A stretch of DNA of 64,000 bases from a bacterium (lineage in GTDB: Archaea; Thermoplasmatota; E2; JACPAO01; JAHFTW01). The stretch spans positions 32,001 through 96,000 of the forward strand of contig JAZJZE010000011.1 of assembly GCA_040390065.1 (NCBI GenBank), given 5' to 3'. The position numbers and the translations under genes were made by a program. The first letter of the stretch is position 1; the number at the start of each line of letters is the position of its first letter. Below are positions 37,971 to 47,500 of this stretch, in pieces. The notes under the pieces are model-generated. The model ran no database searches. It was not told the DNA's origin and saw only the letters and a program-made list of their open reading frames with translations.

Positions 37971-40112
37971 TCAGGCCGAGAAACGCGCGGCCTGATGGAA
38001 CACCGAGTACGATCCGTAGCGATACACGGATGCATCGATCCCAGCGGCATTCTCGATGCCCGTAACGTGGTTTCCACCGTCGGACAGGACCCGGTCAAGG
38101 CGAACCTCAATCGCGTTTGATCCCTCGAACAACACGACCTGGAACGTCGCCGGCGCACTCGCAGACCCGTAGTGGGGAACATCCGTCCACTGCACGACAA
38201 GGGAACGAAGGGGGGCTGTGCCAAGGGTCTGGTACTTGATGGAACCCCCACCAGGGGGATACAGGTCTTCCCAGTATCCGGCCACCAAGTCGTTTGGGGC
38301 AGTGGCGTCTGGCAGCGACTGGCCGCTGCAGCACCCGCTACCAGCTGCCGCATCGAAGGTGAGGTAGCCGTTGCTGCTGACGTAGGCATTCGTGTGGCTC
38401 GTGCCGAACATCTTGAAGGAAAATCCGATGGAGATGGCCACGCTCAACTGATCGTCGCCCAGGTTGAGGGCCGTTCCCGTGGCCGAGATGTCAGTAAACC
38501 GGAACGGGATTCCGGTGCACGTGTACCCGAAGGTACTGGACGTTACTGATTGGCAGGGAAGGCACGACGAGCCCGCGTTGGCCGTCGTGGCCCCGGGGTT
38601 GGCGCCATTGAAGTCCACGATGGCCGACACTTCGCAAGGCAGGCAGTTGAGTCCGAGTAGCCCCTTGAAGAAGACCGATCCGGCCTGCGCGTTTTGGTCA
38701 AGGATATTGGGCGGGCACACGGGCCGGGTGGGGCCTGCTGCGTCGAGGTCGCCGCAGTTCGTGAAGGCCGACGAGATGATGACGTCCAGTGTGTCCCCGT
38801 TGGGCAGGTCCAGGTAGACATGGATGAAGTTGACGCGCAACGACGAACTTCCCCCGCTGGACAACGGCTCCTGCTCGTTTACGATGACGGTGACCCCCGG
38901 GGCTTGGTAAACGGTGTTCGGGGCCGGTACCACGTTGACTGGGGTGCCAAGCACGAGTAGCCCGGCAAGGCTCGTGCCTGCCGAATCCGATTTTGCTGGC
39001 GCAGGACTTGTGACTGTGTGGGACGCGGCCTGCACGACGTTGGCCGTGACGATGGTGCCCAAGTTGCCCAAGCCCGTCTTGAAATTGAGGCCTTCGACTC
39101 TGGCTAACGCGCTTGAGTCGGATGCGGTGCTCTGTGCCTCGCTGTGCAGCAGGCCCGAGTCAAAGATGGTCGGCCCGAGTGTGATGACGGTGAGCGGAAC
39201 GACGGAGTTTTGGTGGTCCAAGGGCGCCGTTTGCTTGTTGTATTTTTGAATCAGGACCGTGGAGGGTGGGGCCGGGTGATGGATTTCGGCGTTGAGGTTG
39301 AATGCCTCGGCGCCCGCGTTGACGACTGCCCCCAGAATCAGATTCGTCACGTCCTGGGCAAAGTCGGCGCCGATGGTGCCATAGGTTCCGCCCGTTTGGG
39401 TCGCCGCGTACTGCAAGGCGGCAATTGTTGCCGCAACGCCCCCACTCACATCAACGGAAACGACCTGGGCGCCCAATCCAGCCACGACGGCTTCAAAGTC
39501 CAAGTCGTCGGCGTCTGCGGCAATTGCATCTGTGCCGGGATCGCCGCCGAAGTTGTTGCCCCCAAAATTAAGGTCGTGGGGAGGGGCATCTGTGAATAGG
39601 ACGATGATGCGGCTGCTCCCTTGCCATCCGACGGCGGCGTTGGCGCCGGAGTCTGACAAGGCCCGCGTCATGGCCTCTGGTGTGTCGCCGCCGCCCGCCG
39701 CCGAAAGAGTGTTGATGATGGTCTGCACACCGGCAGGGGGTGTTCCCATGGGCGCGTCAAGCTTCCACGGATAGTCGCCCGGGCCGCCGTATGCAGCAGA
39801 GTATCCGGGATACGTGTAGCTCGCGGGATAGTCTTTGTAGTCCGCCACTCCGAAACGCGTTGTGGGAAGGGTCGCAAGTACATTGTTCATGATGTTGGTG
39901 GCTGCCGCTTGTACGTCGACGAGGGTGGCCCCCATGCTTCCGGTCGTGTCGAAGAGAAACAGCACGTCAACACTTGCCGTGCAACTGCTTGGCGGTGGGG
40001 TGGAAATGCCGGCGCTGGCGGGCAGGCTGCTTGCCGCGGCCAAGCACAGGGCCAACCATGCGCTCCAGGGCTTTGGCTTGATGGTGGTGTCGGGGGTTAG
40101 AGGATGTCGCAT
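37971..40112 (-). CDS. Secreted vWA-domain protein with choice-of-anchor-P-like middle and NIDO-like C-terminus
   Basis: Signal peptide; MIDAS DTTGSM, GGGDTPE, LFTDAPPH; LVLG..V...PAPNT...VNEQ; GDD....IGFSF..FG......VSSNGYLTF. Confidence 0.88.
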   Translation of the reverse strand: MRHPLTPDTTIKPKPWSAWLALCLAAASSLPASAGISTPPPSSCTASVDVLFLFDTTGSMGATLVDVQAAATNIMNNVLATLPTTRFGVADYKDYPASYTYPGYSAAYGGPGDYPWKLDAPMGTPPAGVQTIINTLSAAGGGDTPEAMTRALSDSGANAAVGWQGSSRIIVLFTDAPPHDLNFGGNNFGGDPGTDAIAADADDLDFEAVVAGLGAQVVSVDVSGGVAATIAALQYAATQTGGTYGTIGADFAQDVTNLILGAVVNAGAEAFNLNAEIHHPAPPSTVLIQKYNKQTAPLDHQNSVVPLTVITLGPTIFDSGLLHSEAQSTASDSSALARVEGLNFKTGLGNLGTIVTANVVQAASHTVTSPAPAKSDSAGTSLAGLLVLGTPVNVVPAPNTVYQAPGVTVIVNEQEPLSSGGSSSLRVNFIHVYLDLPNGDTLDVIISSAFTNCGDLDAAGPTRPVCPPNILDQNAQAGSVFFKGLLGLNCLPCEVSAIVDFNGANPGATTANAGSSCLPCQSVTSSTFGYTCTGIPFRFTDISATGTALNLGDDQLSVAISIGFSFKMFGTSHTNAYVSSNGYLTFDAAAGSGCCSGQSLPDATAPNDLVAGYWEDLYPPGGGSIKYQTLGTAPLRSLVVQWTDVPHYGSASAPATFQVVLFEGSNAIEVRLDRVLSDGGNHVTGIENAAGIDASVYRYGSYSVFHQAARFSA

Positions 40113-40304
40113 GTCCGTCACGTCCGAGTGCGGCAATCAACAACGAACGGCATAATGCTTGACGCGACTTCTGAGAAATCGATAAACGCCCATGAATCAG
40201 GAGCCCGGAGCCGCAGCGGCCCCAGTAGAACGCCGCACCTGGCACACGATATCCTGAGTGGTTTATCGCGACGGCCGGCCTGATAGCCTGAGTCAGCTGG
40301 CGCC

Positions 40305-40760
40305 CTACGGGGGTAGGGGCTTCACGTAGACGTGGCCATGCTGGGGCGCGGAGGCGGTGATGAGGAGGTCCGTGTGCGATATGGCGATGGCTGCACCAAA
40401 GTCGTCGCCGTCGTTGGGAAGTAGGAATTGGCCGTCCTGGGTCCAGTTTCCTTGGTTGGGCGTGAATCGGGAAACGCTGGGTTGGCTCGTCGTGACCCAG
40501 AGGGGGTCTTCGTGAAAGAGGACGGGGTTCGTCGTCCGAGTGTCGCTGTCAAGAAGGAGTTGGGTTCCGCCCGAAATGAGTTTTTTTTCCCGCTAGGATA
40601 TAGGATGCAATGCGTAGCGCTCCGGCCCGGTCAGGGAAAGACGCAACCAGAAGCGAGCCGCTTGCCGCCAGAGTCGTGCCGAGGTACTGGGCGGTCTTGG
40701 GCAGGGCCAATGCCTGGCCGCTCCAGCGGCCCGTCCGCACGAAGGCGTACAGGACCCACC
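40305..40760 (-). pseudogene. 5'-truncated, frameshifted FG-GAP/beta-propeller remnant
   Basis: VLYAFVRTGRW...YLGTTLAASGSLLVAS...GKK, then a +1 shift at the A8 tract (T8 at 40581-40588) into LISGG...GNWTQDGQFLLPNDGDDFGAAIAISHTDLLITAS...GHVYV*. Confidence 0.6.
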
Positions 40761-40941
40761 GCGCATCCGGGTGCGAGCGCCGCGGAAAACGTTTCTGGGG
40801 AAGCACTGCGACGTGATGCCAACGGCTGGGGATATGCGAATTTCGGTCAAGTGTATGGAACTAGAGGCGTCTCCAGAGCTTCTTCATCGCGTCACAGCCT
40901 TCAGCCAAGTCCTAAAGTGCGTGCGACACGTGCCAGAACCC

Positions 40942-41463
40942 ATGCAAAGCCTAGGCCGCGTTGTTGGCATTGTTCTTCTGGTGCCATGTCTCTTCCAATT
41001 TGTTCCGGTGGGCGCCGCCCAAGACTACGAGCCCTTAACGGGCGCAACGCCAGCCATTCGCATCAACCTCAGTAACCCCGTGACCCAGACGTTTTACTAC
41101 AACTGGACGACAAGTGCGTCCTCGATTTCCATAGACTACAAGAGCAATGTCACGAAGGGCACGGTAAGCGTTGAGATTCGCTCCCCCGAAGGAACTCTAG
41201 CGTTTGCCCGGGCAATCGACGCGTCCATCTCAGCCAACCAGACTCTGCCCACCAAGAAGCCTGGCACCTGGACGGTTTCCCTTGCCTTGTCGGGCTACCA
41301 GGGCCTGCTACTCATGAAGTTCAAGGCTGGCCCGGCTCCAATTCAACAAAGCAATTCGGCGTCCGGCCCGCCGTCCTCGTCTGGCACCAAGGCGTCGCCT
41401 GCGGATTTGCTGGCCGCCTACGTGATCATTTTCGCCGTGATGGCAAGGCGTCGCAAGGCCTAG
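40942..41463 (+). CDS. Small secreted beta protein with PGF-CTERM-like tail
   Basis: Signal peptide; S/P-rich linker; KASPADLLAAYVIIFAVMARRRKA. Confidence 0.8.
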   Translation: MQSLGRVVGIVLLVPCLFQFVPVGAAQDYEPLTGATPAIRINLSNPVTQTFYYNWTTSASSISIDYKSNVTKGTVSVEIRSPEGTLAFARAIDASISANQTLPTKKPGTWTVSLALSGYQGLLLMKFKAGPAPIQQSNSASGPPSSSGTKASPADLLAAYVIIFAVMARRRKA

Positions 41464-41521
41464 CGACCGTGTTGAAGCCGTCATAGAATGAGGCCATAGG
41501 GAATGTTCTTCTAACAGCCCT

Positions 41522-44500
41522 TTGTCGGCCAAATCCGTGCAGACGGAATCTCTTGGCCAGCCAACGGGCAGTCATGGAACGGTAGCTGCCTCGGCCAGGT
41601 CGATTATTCTTGCCGCATTGCTGCTGATGTGCCTTGCGATTGCCCTTGTTCTGCTTGTTCCGCAAGCAAGCGCCACACCCGTTGCGCCCGTACCCGACTC
41701 GCCGGCCGAGAACTCCGTTCCTCCAATCTACAACGACGGCGACGGTACCTACGTGATTGCCACGTGGGACCACGCCATCCCGTGTCGGAACGGAATCTAC
41801 ATGGCAGCGTCATATGGCCTGGGAGGCGGCTACGCCGGATCCGACATTGGGTCGACCTGCACCGGCCACATCTGGGCCGGATGCGGATCAACATGGAGGG
41901 TGAAATACCAAGACTCCAGCGGGTGGAGTGCGTGGAGTGAACTCCGACACTACGGAGGATCATGTGAAACCCCGCCGCTGCCGCCGCCACCGCCTCCACC
42001 GGCCCCGCCGACGCCGCCCCCCGAATGGGGGCCAACGCCGCCAAGTCCCGACTGCTCGGATGGAATCGACGACGACGGCGATGGAATGACCGATGCCGCG
42101 GATCCTGGCTGCACCGGAGACCCCACGCATACAGAAGCGCCCTGGAATGCCCCCGAGCCAACGCCGGCCGGTCCGAGCCAGTGTAACGATGGCATCGACA
42201 ACGATGGCGACGGGTACGTCGACATGCAGGACCCAAGCTGCGACTACAACCACATGTCCACGGAATCCCCGGTCAACGCGGCGCCGCCGCCCCCGGAATG
42301 CGGGGATGGCATTGACAACGACGGCGACGGATACGCAGACAGCAATGACCCGGAATGCCAACATGAGCCCTACACGGTCGAGTCGCCCTGGAACGCGCCT
42401 CCCCAATGCACCGACGGGACTGACGATGACGGCGATGGCCTGATTGACGCCGCCGACCCCGGCTGCGGCTACTATCCCTTCGACCGTGAAGACACCCCGG
42501 CACCACCGCCGAGTCCAATCCTTTCTATTTCGGGAGAATGCGGGCCCCAGCCCGGTCGGATTGTCCTGACATGGACAGCACAAAACACGAACGACGTAAC
42601 CTTGCACCGCATCACCGGCTCCGGCACGACCCTAGCAACCTCCGCGCCGCCATCCCCAATTACAGATGACAGGACTGTTATCGGGACCGTCTATTACTAC
42701 AGCCTCAGTGCCCCGTGGAACGGCAACACGATTTACAGCAACCAAGTCAGCGTGACGGCCGGCCGCCCCCCCGACACGCCGACGGGCGTCACAGCCACCG
42801 CCCAATCCCCTGGCACATCAATCCATCTCACATGGACGCCCGGAAGCACCGGCGGATGCGAACCAGTAACGTACAATGTTTACGGCTCCAGCTACGCCAG
42901 CGGAACGTTTGAGATCCTTGCCAAGGACCTCACGACTCCCGAGTACACGCAGTCTTCTTTGCCGCCGGGTACCTGGCGCTTCTACCGCGTCTCTGCCCAG
43001 AACCCCACAGGCGGCAGTGCCCAGTCCGACCTAGCATATGCACGGACATGGGATGCAGCCACCCCGCCAACGAAATTCCACGTCCAACCCGGTGACAAAC
43101 AACTGGTATTGACCTGGTCAGGACCATCGTCGAGCGGCGGGGGAACGATTACCGGTTACAGGCTCTCGGGAGCGCACCCCGGCGATTCGATGACCGTCCT
43201 GCACGACGGCGCAAGCTGGTACTCACCCACCGCCAGCGGCTACACCTACCCCCACACCGGTCTGACCTACGACGAGACCTGGGATTACGACATCGAGGCC
43301 ACAACCGGGGTTGGTAATGGCGGCTCGGCCACGGACAGCGCAAAGACATTCGGCGTTCCGGCCATTCCCATGCACATCATTGGCAAGGCCGGCACCGCGG
43401 CCGGCCAGATTGCCCTAACCTGGCAACCTCCTAACATGGACGGGGGGTATCCCGTCACCAAATATTCGGTCTTCCGAGGTCTCAGCGACGCCCTCTGTTC
43501 GACAACCTTCCTCGGGGATGTCACCGACCTGTCGACCTTGCCGTTCGTCGATTCCGGGCTCGCGGCCGGCATAACTTACTCCTTCTGCGTGGACGCCACC
43601 AACGAAGCCGGTCCGGGCAAGACAGGGGTCGTCCGCGTGACGCCACCAGAGCGGCCATCGCCCCCACGGGATTTGCAGGCCGCCCTCGACACGCCAAACA
43701 CGAAGTTGACGTGGCTCGTCCCCCTAACGGACGGAGGTTCACCGCTCACCGGCTACGGCCTGTACACTTCGCCCGACGGTACCACGTACACAGGGCCGAC
43801 GATGCTGCCCGTTGCACCCCTGAGCTATTCTAGCCTTCCGTGCAGTGCGAGTTGTCACTACTATGTCACCGCCTGGAACATCTACGGAGAGAGCCAGCCC
43901 TCCAACATCGTGCCAGCTGTCGCAACGTTTCCGCAAGAATCCATCAGAGGAACGACGCCTGGTACTGGCATGAAGCTCAAGCAGACCCTCAACTGCGGCG
44001 TGGAACAGAACGAAACCATCAACGCCGTGACCGGTCAATTCGTCGCTTCCCTGTGCGTCATGACTGCCCGGTCCGAATACAAGGGCATGAATTTGACGAT
44101 TCTTGCCACCCACCGTTCTGACTCGTTGTCCTCAGACTTCATTGGCAAGAATTGGTTCTTATCCATTGACCGCCGGCTCGATTTCGTCACACAAGGAATC
44201 ATCCTGAACGACGGAACCGGAAGGCTGGACGGATTCCTTGAGACCTCCCCCGGCGTCTACAAGTCCCCCCCGGGCTTCTACGAGACGCTCACACCCACTG
44301 CCAGTGGTTACGACCTTGTGCATGTCGGCGGCATCACGGAGAAGTTTGATTCGCACGGCCTGCGGACCAAGGTAGAGGACGTTTTCGGCAACTCAATCCG
44401 GTTCTCGTACGCAGACGGAAAAATCGTCGAGATTACGGACGCCCACGATCGCATTACCCGGCTCCAGTACGACGGGGACAGGCTTGCAACAATCACTGAC

Positions 44501-47500
44501 TTCGATGGTCGGGTAACTGAATTCGCGTACGGCGGCGACGACCTAGCGGGAATCAAGCTCCCGGCGGCCACTGCCGATGGCCCCGCCACCACGCACGAGT
44601 TCACGTACACGCCCCAGCACAATGTCCGGGCCGTCAAGGATCCCGCAGGGCACGTTTACATCACGAATTCGTACGATGCCCTGGACCGCGTATCGGACCA
44701 AAGCGATGGAACGTCGTCGTTCCGTCTGACCTACACGCCAAGCCAGTCTACCACGACGGTCACGGACAGAAACGGAAACATCGTCGGCTGGGGCTACTCC
44801 GGCGTCTTGCCGATCTTCAAGAAGACATACATGAACCGCGGTGTAGCGCCCGACCAGCTTCTGGAATACGACACCAGCTTCACGACGACCGCGGACCTCG
44901 AAATCAGCCAGATTCTGCAGGCGGATGGCATTCAAACCTCCTTCACGTTCGACAGTGCAGCATCAGCTGCGTTGCCTCATGGAAACCTCAGGAGGCAAGA
45001 GATTGCCGCGCCGTCCGGGGCGGGTCTCGCTCCCCTAGTTGCCACGTACGACTACGAGCCACTCTACCAAAACGTCCGCTCTGTTACAGCGCCCGAAGGA
45101 AACGACGCCACCTACGTGCCCCAAAACGGGGGATCTACTTCTCCGGCACGGTACACGACGACCTACTACTACGGCGACGACGAGGTCACCATGGGCGACT
45201 TGAACGGCGACGGCATTGCCACCGGCGAGCCCCACGGCAGGCCAGTGCGCATCGTTCACCCTCTCCTCAATCCGACAGGCTCACCCTCGCCCCTCACGGA
45301 TGGCTACCAGCCGCAAATTGAATGCATCCAATACAATGCGCACGGCCAGGAAACACAACACATCTACCCAGACGGGCGCCTTGTCGGCACCCTCTACTAC
45401 AAGTCGAACGGAATCCCTGGTGACCCATCCGACCAGGAAGGTTTCGTCTTCGCAGCCCTCGAATACTGGGATGCCGATACATCGTCGTGCGCCCCCCTGA
45501 GTAGCGGCTCGATGGCCGCGATGGCGTCGCCCGCAGCGCCCGAGAGCGACCAGCCCCAGACGCCTGTCGGGGAATTCCTGAACTGGACATACACGTACGA
45601 CAATTCCGGGAACCTCCTGACGCAAACGGACCCCACCGGCAACGTGACCACGTTCGAGTATGACCGCCTGAACCGGATGACTCGAACAGTCCTCCCCGGA
45701 CCCGCAAAGGCCGACATCAAATTCTCATATGACGCAGATGGAAACCTCGTTACTCGCCAGACGAAGAACTCCGTCCAACTGCCAGATGGAAGCATTGCAA
45801 CGGACCCTACCAACCCATACCTGACGGACACATTCGCCTACGACGCACTCGACCGGCGTACCGACGAATGGCTAAGCGCCGCTCGTCCCACTGGTGCAAT
45901 AGACAGCACAACGGCCCTGACCTTGCATGGCAAGTTCGGCTACGACAAGAACGGAAACCTCGTCATGGTGCGACGGGCTCCATCCGCCCAAGGAATTGAC
46001 GGAAACGACGCCACGACCTACATCTACGACGAACGAAACCAAATGCAATACGCCACTACGGGAGGCTTGAACCCGCTGTTCAGCCGCCTCGCCGCAAACA
46101 ATCAAGTCACCACGAGTGGCTTGACGGATCCATTTACGTTGTACTTGCACGATACGGCCGTGGCCAAGACCACGGCCCAGTGCATCTCCGATACGCAAGA
46201 GTGGACTCCGGGCGACATCATCGCGAACCCGGGAAAGGCTCCCCAAATTGTTTGCACCAGTCTCTATGCCTGCACCACGGGGTGTCCTGCGCCTACTTGT
46301 GTCTCAGTCCCCCCCAAGCTCCTGTGCGCGCCAGAACCTGTTTGCGCGGCCGGATCGCTGCTCGGCCTGTCAAATCCCGTCGACGTGACGTTGGCGCCGC
46401 CAACTCTGACGGCCAATCCGCCGCCTTGCGTCGCCGCTAGCCTCGGAGACACCATGGACCCCGCTTGGCCCACCAATCTCCGGCCTCAAACGGATCCCAT
46501 TCTCGTACCCGACGCCACGGGCGGCGCAAGCGCCCGCCTGGTCGTGGGCGAGACGCCGCTCCAGAATGCCAAGGTTTCCTGGACGTACACGCCCTCGCCG
46601 CCCTTGATGGTGCAGGACGCCCGCATCATGCTCGACTTCTGGGCGATGCAGACGGACACGACTACGACACCCAACACTTGGAAGGCTCGCCTCTACAGCG
46701 GAGCAACTCTATTGGCCTCCAACGACCCCGTCGCAGGAACGACGTTTTCCAATCGACCGATTGGAGAAGCCCACGAATACCGCATCGCCCTCGGGACGGC
46801 GTCCTTCACGGTGTCCTCCTTGCGGCTCGAAGTCGAGGCCGTCGGGGCCCAGCCGGGCCGCCTGGTTCTCATGGACTCGCCCCGCGCCCCTTCCCGCCTT
46901 GAGATTGGCACCGCCGCAACGACCAGCAACGACTACGATGCGGGCGGCCGAATATTACAACAAAGCGATTCGGATGCGCGTACGACCCGCAACGAGTATG
47001 ATGGCATGGGTCGTCCAACGACCATGACTGCGCCGGACGGAACACGCACGGTCCAGACGTACGATGCCTCGGGTCGGGTCGTTGACAAGAAGGTCTACGG
47101 CGCCACCAGCGGCATCGGTTTCCAGACAACTCCCGGGCCGTCTGTTCTGCTGGCTAAATCACGCCTCTTCTACGACGAAGCCGGCCGCCTGTTCCGCACT
47201 GACGTTGGCCGCTTCGACCCGACCACTGGCACCAACCTGCCAGATGCGGGCCTCTTCCCCGGCGATGGCTTCGCGTCAACCCTGGTCGATTACGATGCTG
47301 GTGGCCATCCAATCAAGGTGATCTCGGACACTGGAGCCACGCACGAGTACCAGTACAGCGGGCTCGGTCGCCTCACTTGGGAAAAGGATGTAGGCGAAAA
47401 CGAGGCCACCTACAGCTACGGAGCGAATGGGCGCCCAATGAAGATTGACGTGACGATGACAGAACTGGGCCCGGCAGGCACATGGACCCTGCCGGCACAC

